Of a stretch of DNA of 64,000 bases, positions 1 through 11,700 are shown piece after piece. Position 1 is the stretch's first letter, and each line of letters opens with the position of its first letter. The notes under the pieces are model-generated. The model made no database searches and was not told where the DNA came from. It worked only from the letters and a program-made list of their open reading frames with translations. Made by a program: the position numbers and the translations under genes. Source of the DNA: Octopus sinensis (lineage: Eukaryota); the NCBI RefSeq assembly GCF_006345805.1, contig NC_042999.1, positions 123,876,001 to 123,940,000 on the forward strand. The letters run 5' to 3'.

Positions 1-119
1 GGAGTAAATGATGGCCTAATTCGAGTAAGCAACATGCTATGTGTCTGTTTGGAATATTTCAGGTCCTAACCTGTGGGGGTTATGTGATTTTTGAACACAC
101 CAAGAAGCTGTCAATGGAT

Positions 120-850
120 ATACTCTCTTTTGCAGCAGTCGGCGCTGAGTCTAACACAACCCATCATCTGAAATGTTGACACCTCCTTCGGGTTTGTTGT
201 CCTACATCATTCACAAAGTAAATTTGGAGGAACTGTGATTGCTCATTTGTGGGTAACAGGGAACCAATGAGGTGATAGACTTGCCTTTGAACTTTGACGT
301 TGTCATAAATTCATGTTTATCTATCTTCTTAAATGCACCAAACGATGTCATTTGCAGAGTTGTATTGTCTGATATTGTTCAGAAAATCTTTTGACTGGAT
401 GGAAATGCCTTCTAGGAGATCTATAAGAGGTTGAAAAGGAGCTGGTAGTGCTGGCAATGTTACCTGACTGCCTGAGCAGTACATACCATTTGCATCATTT
501 AAAAATGTTAAAGCTCTACAGAAAAGACAATTTGTGTTTAGCACACCAATTTGCAGAGAGTTATTATTTTTATAAGAATGGGATGGATCATATCTGAAAG
601 TAGCTTCAGGAGTTGTGAAGAACGAATTTGTACGTAGCCTGTTTCTGAGAGCTATTCTATTGGGCTTCTGTCTAATCATTAAAACATTGATTTAATGATC
701 CAGTATTAAGTGCTGCAACATGCATTTGCTGATGTAGAGAAAATCTCATCTAGCTTCTCTTTTCAGACTCTCGTGTTTGGTTTTCTACAATCCTCCTTGC
801 TTTATATTTGTTTCTGAAGAGATTACATCTTTTCTTTGGTGGCATATTTT
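120..850 (-). mobile_element. Degenerate Helitron Rep/helicase N-terminal fragment
   Basis: ORF 329-679 reads CLFCRAL..GMYCSGSQVTLPALPAPFQPLIDLLEG..SKDFLNNIRQYNS. After frameshifts it continues QMTSFGA and QVYHLIGSLLP..QFLQIYFV. These match Helitron motifs (CC-GKV-LP, FL-NIR-YNS-FQMTSFG, GQVYH-IGSLLP, FLQIYF). Confidence 0.85.
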
Positions 851-1789
851 TCCCAATATTGTAAACAAAATATTATCAACATAGAAAGAAATTATATATT
901 AATCCCTATTTTTGTAAGTAGTTGTATCTGTAAAAATTTTATTTCAAGAGAGCAGAAAAGATAAACTGAAAAGAACAGAGAATAAAAGTGAAAGATGTAT
1001 GTACATCTACATGAAATGGATGTGTGTGTATGTATGTGTGTGCATGTGTGTGTGTGCATGCGTGCGTGCTTGTGTGTGTATGTGAGAGAAAAGAGGGTGA
1101 GAAAGGGCGATAGAGTGAGTGATTGAAGGTGTGTGTTGTGATGACTGATGTCTTTTAAAATTTTTATGATAGTTAATTTATGGAAAAGATTATGTTAAAC
1201 TTTTGAAATGCAAATATGTGAATGAAAATTAAGTTTAATTTGTAGCCAAAATAGTACTGAATCTTTTGATACCCCTTACGTCAAAATCTGTAACTCGGTT
1301 TTGGAAAGCATAAGGAATATATAATATATAAGACAGTATGTCACATAATACAAACGTAAGACTTGATAGAAATAGCAGCCAAATCTCCCTCAAAACACCC
1401 TACTGTCTTAATCCAATAATTCTGCCTATTATGTAGTTTTAATGAGAAACTGTAACTAAAGATTAAGGTTATTAACCCCACAGAGAGAGAAAAGAAGAGA
1501 GACAGTATAGTGATGTTTTTGGCTGACTGTCATTCTGTACTGCCCTTGTTGCTAGCGAAATGGTACAGGCCAGCTGTCTGAGCAACTGGTTGTTTTAATG
1601 GTGGAACAAACAAGACATTAAAGATTACAAAAATAGCAATTCTTACTTTGAAACTAACGATTTTGAAAATCTTTTTAGATTATGGAACACCCAGCTCTCT
1701 CATGTATCCAAGTTTAAAATTTCAGTGCAATTGGATGAACAATACTTGAGCTATAAGTGCACAAACAGACAGAACAGATTTTATATATT

Positions 1790-1792
1790 AAC

Positions 1793-1887
<95 letters not shown>

Positions 1888-1920
1888 ATTTATATACATA
1901 TATACCTACATGTATGCATA
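1790..1920. repeat. (TA)n/(TG)n microsatellite
   Basis: Dinucleotide runs read directly; explains ORFs at 1714-1981. Confidence 0.95.
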
Positions 1921-2059
1921 TACATATGTACTTGTCTGTGTTTTCTTGTTTTGACATTGTGTGCCAATTGTAAATAAACATTACTGATAAACAAATAGTT
2001 TCATTTCTTTTAAACTTTCCATGAAAACATGTTGAAAGGACTAAGGAAAATATTACTCT

Positions 2060-2235
2060 GCTAGAAACAGGTGAGGATTAGTGACAGGAAGAGCATCCAG
2101 CCATTAAAAATCTGATGAACGAATTTCATCAGTCAGGCAAATATGGAATAATAGACATTATAATGATGATGATGAAGACAACAACAGCAATTACGATGAT
2201 AAGGAGGAGGAGGAAGAGGAGGATCCTCCTCCTTA
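2060..2235 (+). mobile_element. RTE-type 3' tail remnant ending in (GAT)n/(GAG)n
   Basis: Similar to 58200-58420; ends in a GAT-repeat tail. Confidence 0.5.
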
Positions 2236-2788
2236 TCATCATCATCATCATTGTCTCCATAGAAGTATAATTCAGAAACATAGTTTATTGTATTATATAA
2301 ACTATTAAAGTACAAACTAATAACAGTGAGAAGAAAAGGGTCACGTTTGTAGGTATAATGTTTATATTTTTGTTCTTGTACTTCACAAAGTCCATTAATT
2401 CTTATTGGTACTGTATCTACTCTTAAATGCTTCATCTTTTTCTGTTTCATTTGAAAGCTTTGCACTTCAAATTATTTTTTACACTTTTCACTGTACAATG
2501 TTTTGATCAAAAAATGTCCAAGATGTCTCTTAACATACTTTTGTTTCTGGAGCCTTTGAGTATGACATCTGAATAGTTTTCTTTTATTTCCTGTTTTAGA
2601 CAAGCATTGAAGGACTATAACAGCCAAGCATTGTAACTGGCAAGAATTATGAAATATGAATGTCTACTATATTTACTTGGATACAACATAATGTACATCT
2701 CTACTTTTTGTTCTTAAAACTTTGTAATACATTTTATATTCTTATATTTTTTACACTTAAGTATTATGCCACCCACAAATCTTGATCA

Positions 2789-3017
2789 CAAGCCTTTCTA
2801 CTATAGGTACAAGGCTGAAATTTGGTTGTGGGGAGGAGTAAGTCAATTATATCGACTCCAATACTCCAATACTCAACTGGTACTTAATTTATCAACCCCA
2901 AAAGGAATAAAGGCAAAGTCGACTTCAGCGGAATTTGAACTCAGACTGTAGTAACAGACAAAATAGCACTAAGCATTTTGCCTGGAATACTAACGACTCT
3001 GTCAGCTTGTCACGTTG
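2789..3017 (-). mobile_element. SINE family B (tRNA-like head, GTCGACTTTGCCTTTCATCC core) with 13-bp TSD
   Basis: Similar to the other B copies; CAAATCTTGATCA at 2776-2788 and 3018-3030. Confidence 0.85.
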
Positions 3018-3224
3018 CAAATCTTGATCATAATGCATTGAATTAAAATTTTGATCCTAGCGTTTTGTCTCAAAAAATATCCTCACATTATTATTTTGCT
3101 TTTAGTTTGCATGAAGTATGGTCTGATATATATAAATATTTTTAAATATCTTTTTTATAAGGCTAGTTATAAAAAATGATGCAGGTTAGTACTTTTACCT
3201 TGTATTTCAATATTTCAGAGTTAG

Positions 3225-3439
3225 AAGGCAACGAGCTGGTAGAATCATTACAGTGTCAGGCAAAATACTTAGTAGCATTTCATCTGTCTTTACATTCTGA
3301 GTTCAAATGCTGCCAGGGTCGACCCTTTACCTTTCATCTTTCCAGGGTCAGTAAAATAAGTATCAGTTGAGCACTGAGGTCAGTGTAATAGATTTAACTC
3401 CTCCCCTGAAATTTCTGGCCTTGTGCAAAAATTTAAAAC
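3225..3439 (+). mobile_element. SINE family B with 11-bp TSD
   Basis: GAGCTGGTAGAATC..TTCTGAGTTCAAAT..GGGTCAGTAAAATAAGTATCAG; CAATATTTCAG at 3208-3218 and 3440-3450. Confidence 0.85.
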
Positions 3440-3444
3440 CAATA

Positions 3445-3800
3445 TTTCAGGATTAGGACCACTTCTTCAGGAAATCTTCATACAAATGGTGTTGTAAGTC
3501 GACTTCTCTGTTCTCTAGCCTGTCTGTGTGTGTGTATGAATGGTTGCTTTTATTTTATCTGTGATAGTCTCTGAATATTTGCCAATGGATATAATTACCT
3601 ACCTGGATATATTTGGGGATATAGTTGCTCACCTGGTCACATTTCATTACTACACTTAGCAGCAGATCTTTTCTAGCTTCTAAGTACATTTATTGACACA
3701 GAGTAGTTCTTTTCACCACCACAGGTAAACCTAACCACATGAGCTTCATCAGCTAAGAAGGTGCTAAATAGTTGTCTGATTTTCTTATCCAGAATTGTCA
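3445..3800 (-). mobile_element. Possible decayed Penelope pseudo-LTR region with two eroded hammerhead-like motifs
   Basis: Minus strand has CTGATGA..GAAA (3752-3711) followed by AATAAA, and CTGAAGA..GAAA (3470-3445); stems are poorly preserved. Confidence 0.3.
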
Positions 3801-4194
3801 AATCTTTGAACTTTCCATTTATTATAATGAAGCTTTTACTTTATGACTATGGTATCTAGTGAAATTACACCTTTGTATGAAAGGTGTGAATACTTTTGAC
3901 AAATATTTCGTTGTCTCGAATTCAAAACTTTCTCAATATAAATATATTTATGCTAGTTCTACATACTTAGTATAAGTGAATAAACTGCAATGGTTTTATT
4001 TCTTTTATTTTATTGACATATATGTTTTCCTGTTTTGTTGTTTGTCTTTCATTTTCTCAATTTCATATGAGCTGCAGAATTTAATTTAAATTTTAGGAAA
4101 GTGTCTGCAACCACTGAAAACTTCTGAATGAAAAGAAAAACATCTGAATGTGAACAAAGTTGGATTTGACTATTAAATAAATCTTTATCAACTT

Positions 4195-4372
<178 letters not shown>

Positions 4373-5029
4373 GTGTTGGGAGATAGGAGAACTTGCAGCA
4401 TGTCAGAGAAAATGTTTTACATTTACCTACATTCCTTTAAGTTCTGAGTTCAAATCATCAGCCCTTGGAAGGAAGAAACGCAATGTTAGTTCAGTGAATG
4501 AATATATATAAAGCCTCTGTCATTCAATGATGACCATGTAGTTGCACATGTACATGCAGACCAGGGAAACACTTGTTGACAAAACCTAGTAGTTCCTTAT
4601 ACATGCAAATCTTCCATCTTCATGCCATTGATGTTTATCCAAGGAAAAATCACTGACTTGGTCCAAAATAGCACTTGGCACATGTGTTAACACAAGTGTT
4701 GCTGTTAAAGCATAAAAGGTTGGAAAAGACACTGGAAAATACATCTCACCTGACCATTTAGTAGTTCTACCATTCCATTGGCATGGATTGATTCTTTTTT
4801 ATCCATTCCAAAAGATGGATACCAAATTTTACCTCTGCAGGATCAGGATCTCAGGATATAGGATCAGGACAAATACTGCAAGGCACTCTATCCAGCATTC
4901 TAAGACATCTTGAATTGGGGAAAACTATTCTAAATAATGATTTTATTTATTGTAGTTTTATTATATTTTATTTTTACTTTTCAGTTATCATACTGATTTA
5001 TAATCAAAGGGATATGAATTTTGAGATTC

Positions 5030-5235
5030 TTTTACTTTTTTACTTGTTTCAGTCATTTGACTGTGGCCATGCTGGAGCACTGCCTTTAGTCGAGCAAATC
5101 GCCCCCCGGACTTATACTTTGTAAGCCTAGTACTTATTCTGTCGGTCTCTTTTGCCAAACCGCTAAGTTACAGGGACGTAAACACACCAGCATCGGTTGT
5201 CAAGCGATGTTGGGTGGGTGGGGGGACAAACACAG

Positions 5236-5266
<31 letters not shown>

Positions 5267-5390
5267 CACACATATACGACAGGCTTCTTTCAGTTTCTGT
5301 CTACCAAATACATTCACAAGGTTTTGGTCAGCCTGAGGCTATAGTAGAAGACACTTGCCCAAGGTGCCACACAGTGGGACTGAACTCAGA
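5030..5390 (-). mobile_element. SINE family A (tRNA-like head, CORE-like TTGGGCAAGTGTCTT, internal microsatellite)
   Basis: Highly similar to copies at 50938 and 60985. Confidence 0.9.
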
Positions 5391-5800
5391 TTGGTTAAAT
5401 TAATCAAAATAACTTTAGTTCTTGACTGCTACTGAGAACTAAAATATATAATTTAGTCAGTTATTTAAAAATTTATTGATAAGTCCTTCTAGAATATCTC
5501 TTTAATGGCTCAATCGATGAGTATATCATAACAAAACAAAATTTCAATTCTTGATGCTATCATTCCATAATTTAAACATATATATTGTGATGAAGTGGTG
5601 ACATGTTTTTGAGCATTCTTCTTTTTGACACTATAAAAGCAAAACAGATTAACAGTCAAGTTTTGTACATTAAGGAGTGGATTTACAAATTGATGTCAAA
5701 AAAATCTGCAAAGCAGGCTTAAAAAATACACCAGTAATTCAGTAAAGAATGTATTTCATGTATTACTTATATTTGGGAATTATTTCCTTTCAATGGTTAC

Positions 5801-5923
5801 CTTGGAAGCATTCAGGTTGTTCAGCTTGTTCTTCAACATCTTGTAAGTACTACAGGAGTTCTCTTTCTGAAGGCCATCCGATACTACATGTGATTTCATT
5901 TGAAATTCATCAAAGAAATTTAT
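5801..5923 (-). CDS. Candidate exon, unknown product (INFFDEFQMKSHVVSDGLQKENSCSTYKMLKNKLNNLNASK)
   Basis: 41 open codons between AG (5924-25) and AAG|GTAACC, phase 0-0. Other frames and the opposite strand are also partly open, so it is ambiguous. Confidence 0.25.
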
Positions 5924-6430
5924 CTAGTATAGTAATTATAATTAATTTAGACTGTTAGACCATACCTGAGAACTCTACGTCTGAATTTTGACTTATAAAA
6001 ATAGCAGTGAAATTATCTTCAAAAATACACTATATTATCTTAAAAAAAGGAAGGAAACGTTTGATAATATAACCCACTGTCTAAGAAAAAAAGGTGGTAT
6101 GTTTACACTGGAATGCCTTTGGTTATAGGATTACTTAATGAGAATTAAGGGAACTAGGACTGCATAGCAATATATGACAGCTGATCAATACACATAAGTG
6201 TGACTTATATTGCAAATCTATTTAAACCTTATCAAAAATTAAAAGCCTAGTCTTGAAAGTTTGACAGTAAAGTAATGAGCAAAGAAGAACAAATATTTAG
6301 TTGCATTTTGTGAATCAAAAAAATTTTTAAAAAGACCCACAACTGCATAAATTTCATTTCATAAATTGCTTCAACCTGTACAATTTTAAACAATATGTAT
6401 ATTTTAAGTTTCATATTATGTAGGGTTTTA

Positions 6431-7296
6431 TGAGGTGGTATCAAAAGGCTCTTGAACTAGTTATGTTTGATAAAAAATAACTTATTCTATTAAGTTTTAA
6501 CATCATCTCCTGTGAAATAGTCACCTTATGCAGCAATACACCAGCCCCAGCCTTCCTGCCACTTTTGAAATCCAACCTAGAAGTCGTTTTCTGTAAGAGA
6601 GTTGAGGACCTTCCACAATTCACTTTGGATCTTGACAATGGTGTTAAAACAGCGACCTTTGAGCTACATTTTTATCTTGGAGAAGAGATAGAAGTCCAAA
6701 GGGGCTAAATCTGGTGAATAGGGTGGGTGCAGAAATGATGCCAAGTTGTTTTTGAGAGAGCTCCAGAAAGGGTGCACAGTCATCATGAAAAATTGAATTT
6801 TTCATGCTCCACAGATCTGATCACTTTGGATGAATGTTCTCCTTCAAATGCTTTAAAACATCACAGCAGAACGAACGATTTATGATCTGGCCCTGGGAGA
6901 TGAATTATCAATGCTCAATACCACGTTTTTGAGGGTGACACTTCCAGGAACATTCTTCTGCTTTTGAAGCCATGCCACTTGAAACATTGCATACAGCTCA
7001 TTACCTTGTCACTGTAGGCGTGCCAAAGTATGCTCAATGTCTCTGCAGAAGACTTCCCAAGATTAACGCAAAATTTCACATTGGCTCTTTGTTCCTGTCC
7101 ATGACAAAATAGCAGACTACAGCATACATGCGATCACAAAAACACAAATTTCACAACTTGCCAAGTAAACACAGCGATGTCACTTGACATACTACCTCAT
7201 GAAGGTCACTGGTAGCTTTCACCGCACATGCAACTGTGTGCTGCCATCTGTTGGTATGCTATAGAACTAGTCCAGGAATCTTTTGGCACCACCTTG
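6431..7296 (-). mobile_element. Internally deleted mariner element with TIRs and TA TSD
   Basis: Left end TA|TGAGGTGGTATCAAAAGGCTCTTGAACTAGTT matches right-end reverse complement TA|CAAGGTGGTGCCAAAAGATTCCTGGACTAGTT. Minus strand encodes HPPYSPDLAPLDFYLFSKIK and GRCFNTIVKIQ..FQKWQEGWGWCIAA*GDYFTGD (mariner YSPDLAPxD motif and C-terminus). Confidence 0.92.
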
Positions 7297-8399
7297 TACC
7301 ACTGGTTAGAATATTTTCTTGCATGCTTCTTTGTTTTCTCTTATCCATCCCATTTTCAGTTTCTACTATACTCCTGTTCTAGCAACTAATCCCCATCAAC
7401 GTAGTGTTTCCATTCATACATATGAAAAAGTGAATTTTTAGCTGATTATTATAATTCAGAATCTCCATATATATCAAGAGATCTTCATCATGTAAGTTCT
7501 TTTTTAAACTGCAATCCTGGGTAAGTATTTTCGAGGAAGGCCAACAGTTTCCAATACATGCAGATCTCTTCTTTCCATCTCTCTGATGTTGTTCAGGAGA
7601 AAAGCAAAACCACTAGAGCCTTAGCACTTAGTGTTGGCACTAGGAAAAATTGGCAGTGGTATAGGATCCAAAAATCAAAAGATCTCACAAGTATCTTTCA
7701 TAGAATTTATAAAACCAATTTAAGATGTAATTTAGTAATAAAGAGAGTTGGTGAAATCATTCCTGGAATGAAGAGTGGAGGTTATGAATGGATGGAGAGG
7801 TGGTGTTATAACATGTCACATAAATTGGGAATGAAATGTTACAAATTTTGCCCAATATTAGATTTTCTCTGTGATATACAATGATCATAAAGCTATAGAT
7901 TTCCTTGTTTTGCAAGTTAATTATAATTTTCCATCTACATTTTCTGGCTGGGTGATGGATGAAGAAAATTGTTGACCAAAATTGGAGAAGGAAATTCTCA
8001 CTGTAGGACTGGGAGAAGAGGGCACATCTATAAGTTTAGAAGTGGAGGCACACATTATTGATCTGGTCTAGTACACTGAATGCCTACACACTGGTGGTAG
8101 ACTCAAATATTGCTGTTACAACGTAAAGAACTGGAACAAATGTCAACAGATGACATAAGGCATCCAATCTGATAGACTAACAATTTCCACAATTTAATAT
8201 CTTAAACTGGAGCTTATTTATCAATCCTGAAGACAAAGCAGGCTTCAGCAAAATTTGAAATCAAATGGCAGAGAGCTGTAACAAATACTGCGATGCAATC
8301 AATCTAACATACTAATGACTCTGCCAATTCACTGCCTTTTTAGCTGTGAAATATTAGTACTTGCAATAATACTACTTTACAATTAATTCTCTAATTCTT

Positions 8400-8680
8400 C
8401 AAACCATTTTCTTATTTATTTGTATAAACCACTTTATAGAGAGTACTGGGTGCTTTTTACGTGGTACCAGCACCCACACCAATGCTTTTTATGTGGCACC
8501 TTGGTTTTAGGATCTCAATTCTGTTGTGGTGGGCAGGTCTTCTTGAGTATATCAATGCTCCACATATCTCAGTCTTCTGTCATATCTTTTGTAAGGGTCA
8601 GTGTTTTGAAATCCACCTTCAAAACTTCATCCCATGTCTTTCTGGGTTTCCCTTTCCTAGTTGATATTTGCTAGCAATAT
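8400..8680 (-). mobile_element. RTE LINE 3' end remnant
   Basis: Minus strand reads RKGKPRKTWDEVLKVDFKTLTLTKDMTED*DMW, like the RTE C-terminal RGRPRKTW motif. Confidence 0.7.
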
Positions 8681-9504
8681 TTGTACTGACTATGACATAC
8701 ATAACTTAACTCACTAAATACTTTTACTAATACATTCAAATAAAAATTGACAAAGGCTATAGTAAAATTTTTTGAAATTAGATTCAAAATATTCTCAAAA
8801 GGTTATATTATAGACAATATTCCAAGTGTAGCAGGCCAGATACTTGATTGAAAAAGTCTAAGACAGTGTCAAGTAAGAATAGAGAAGAGAAGCTGAATGG
8901 AAACTGTCAATCGGAAGTTTTGTTTTCCACTGTAATGACAGAAATAAGTTGATTTTCTTAAGGAAAGTTTGAGTTTAAGAAAAAGACTGACGAAGAGAGA
9001 AAATTGTTGAATAAGTGTAGTCATTTGACTGCTTGACTGTTAGTTTAATTTATTAAACCAAAATGAAATGAACCAAATCAGCTTTGATAAAGCAGGAAAA
9101 TATATTAGATGTGGAGAGTCAGTTGTTAACATAAACTAATTAAATTAGCTGTTAAGGTTCAGTGATTTCTGTTTCTTTGGAAGATTGTACTAACACTAAA
9201 ATTGAGAACTAGATTACTATCTTTCCTATCTCTAAATCAATCAAATCAGTTTCTATCTCCATAGCTGGTGCAACATGTTTCTCCAATGTCGTTTTTTTTC
9301 TCTCTTTCTTTCAGTAAGGGTATTTTTATGAAGCTATATAGCTTTCAGGGTTTAATATTTTCAGCAAAGATACCTTTTTTTTATGTTTTCCTTTCTTTTT
9401 CTTTTTTCTTTTTTTTTTTTTGGTACAGTGCTTTTTGATGTTGCATTCTTCTAGTTATTGGAATTGCAGAGATAATCTCTTTTCTTAGTTTAGTTTTAAA
9501 AAAA

Positions 9505-9635
9505 GGGATGTGTGTGCATGTGTGTTTTCATGTACATGCATATATACATAAATACATACATACAACACACACACACACCACACACACACATACATACATA
9601 CATACATACATACATACATACATACATACATACAG

Positions 9636-9695
<60 letters not shown>

Positions 9696-9722
9696 CATAC
9701 ATACCATACATACATATATATG
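9505..9722. repeat. Compound (CA)n/(TACA)n/(TA)n microsatellite
   Basis: Read directly; explains ORFs 9485-9759. Confidence 0.95.
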
Positions 9723-9999
9723 CAAGCTTGTCACTGAATGTTCTATAGATGAAAATTAGACCTTATAAAAATATCATTCCATGAGACAGATCAGTAGTTA
9801 TATGAAAACAAAATAAGTTTTCAAAATGAATCTAAACAAGTAAATCAAAAGCTAAAAAAGCAGAAATATATATAACGAAAGCATTGCTTCAAGATATTGA
9901 AACTAAAATAAGGTGTCTATTAAAAAGTAAAAAAAAAAGAAAATAGTTAACCAAGACTGTTGAAAACAAAATTCAATCTCAGTTTTTTTTTATTTATAG

Positions 10000-10106
10000 A
10001 TATGAAAGGAGGCAGCAACACTTCATTGAAAATTGGTCCTCTTTATGAAAGAATTGGTTCTTTCAACACAGCATTGCTTGATGCATGTGAATCAGACACC
10101 AAGGAG
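10000..10106 (+). CDS. Isolated candidate exon, unknown product (MKGGSNTSLKIGPLYERIGSFNTALLDACESDTKE)
   Basis: Strong acceptor TTTTTTTTTATTTATAG|, 35 open codons, weaker donor GAG|GTGTAC; no convincing partner exons. Confidence 0.25.
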
Positions 10107-10169
10107 GTGTACAAGCCAACTGACCTTTCTGCATAATTGCTCTACTTGTTCAGTGCTGATCCGACAAGA

Positions 10170-10335
10170 GAGCCTCTTCAAGTAGTTATTTGCCTGCTAG
10201 AAATAACCAGAACTCTTTCAAGTTATATCCCACACACTTTTAAAAGGAAGGTCACATTGGACAATGCAGACTCTGACAGACTATGTGTGTAAATTAAAAT
10301 GGAGTGGCCCAGATTGTAATGCCTTTGATCAGACC
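10170..10335 (+). mobile_element. Repeat family D (GCTAGAAATAGCAGCCAAATCTCCCTCAA-type SINE-like repeat)
   Basis: Related degenerate copies at about 1355-1415, 11185-11365, 22005-22185 (+) and 55850-56035 (-). Confidence 0.55.
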
Positions 10336-10574
10336 TCTGCCAAATCAGGACTAAACAAAAGCAACAATCTGTTCATTACTGCAGACATATTTCTCCTAAC
10401 CCTCAAATTCCATACTGTATATAAAAGAGACTCAATAGTTGAAATAGAAATATAAGGTCAAAATATTGCAATAGAAAAGACTGACCACAGCTACAGAGTA
10501 GTAGGCCACCGCCTTTTCCCCAAGCAAAGAATCACAGCAACAAATGCAACAGATCAAAAAGGGAGCCTCTACAC

Positions 10575-10814
10575 CAGTGGTTCTCAACTGGGGTCCATAT
10601 AAGATTTTGTTGTTAAAATCTATCTGCAATAAATTTGTTACACTTCAACAAATCACAAAATTCATGAATATTTTTATACAGTTCTTAATAATAGGTGCAG
10701 GCATGGGTGTGTGGTAAGAAGCCAGCTTCCCAACCACATTGTTCTGGGTTCAGTCCTACTGCATGACACCTTGGGCCAGTGTCTTTTATTATGGTTTCAG
10801 ATGACCAAAGAGTA

Positions 10815-10850
<36 letters not shown>

Positions 10851-11176
10851 TGTATTCTATGTGTGTCTTTGTATCTCCATCATCACTTGACAACTGGAGT
10901 TAGTGTGTTTATGTCCCCATAACTTAGCAGTTCAGTAAAGAGACAGAATAAGTACTAGACTTTAAAATAAGTCCTGAGGATTGAATTGTTCAACAAAAAC
11001 ACTTCAAGGTGGTGCTCCAGCATGGCCACAGTCAAATGACTGAAACAAGTAAAAGTATAAAAGAATATTTAATTATAAAAATATATGATTTTTTTAACAT
11101 CAAATGCTAGGCGGGTCCATCCAAGTAAAGTAAGAATTAAATGGGTTCACAGGTAAAAAATGGTTGAGAAATACTG
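10575..11176. mobile_element. hAT (Charlie-like) MITE interrupted by a family A SINE
   Basis: TIRs CAGTGGTTCTCAAC / GTTGAGAAATACTG; flanking 8-mers CTCTACAC and CTCCATAG (5/8 match). Confidence 0.7.
10694..11066 (+). mobile_element. SINE family A nested in hAT MITE
   Basis: Head GCAGGCATGGGTGTGTGGTAAGAAG, central (TATG)n, tail GACTGAAACAAGTAAAAG. Confidence 0.88.
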
Positions 11177-11509
11177 CTCCATAGGGTCATTTGGCCTACT
11201 AGAAATAGCAACCAATTTTCCCTCAATTCATATGCTTTCATTAAAAAAATACTTTATACATATAATGTAGTTATAAATGCAGTATGTTTGAAAAACAGAA
11301 GGATAGCCACAACTGGATTTATTTAGATCACAAAGCTGTTCTCTTAAAGATGCCCTGGGGTTAATCAATTGCAATAACAGCAGGAGAATGTAAGGTATAA
11401 TAGCTTTTACTAATTCCCATGTACTAAAGAGTGTGAGCCCAAGGAAACTTTAGCAATAAAAACTCCCATTGAGGATCAGAGGTTATCAGCAATATTTGTT
11501 TTTAACACA

Positions 11510-11700
11510 GGCACAAAGAGAGAAATTTTGGTGAGATAGCTTAGTTGATTAAATCAACTCCGTTATGAAACTGGCACTTTATTTTATCAACCCTGGATAA
11601 TGAAAGACAAAGTGGTCTTCAGCGAGATTTGAACTGAGACTATATAGAGCTTTAAATAAATGCCAGCAAGTATTTTGCCTGATTCATTAATAATTCTGCT
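11510..11700 (-). mobile_element. SINE family B (degenerate)
   Basis: AACTGGCACTTATTTTATCAACCCTGG..AAAGTGGTCTTCAGCGAGATTTGAACTGAG. Confidence 0.7.

Noticed and set aside
2112-2132. CTGATGAA..TTCATCAG as a hammerhead core
   Set aside because: It is a simple hairpin in an RTE tail, with no GAAA or stem III.
3633-3679. Minus-strand exon candidate (ARKDLLLSVVMKCDQ)
   Set aside because: Lies in the probable Penelope pLTR relic and does not phase with the 5801 exon in its longest frame.
5743-5842. Plus-strand exon candidate (KECISCITYIWELFPFNGYLGSIQVVQLVLQHL) with a GTAAGT donor
   Set aside because: A-rich acceptor; overlaps an equally good minus-strand candidate; the strand cannot be resolved.
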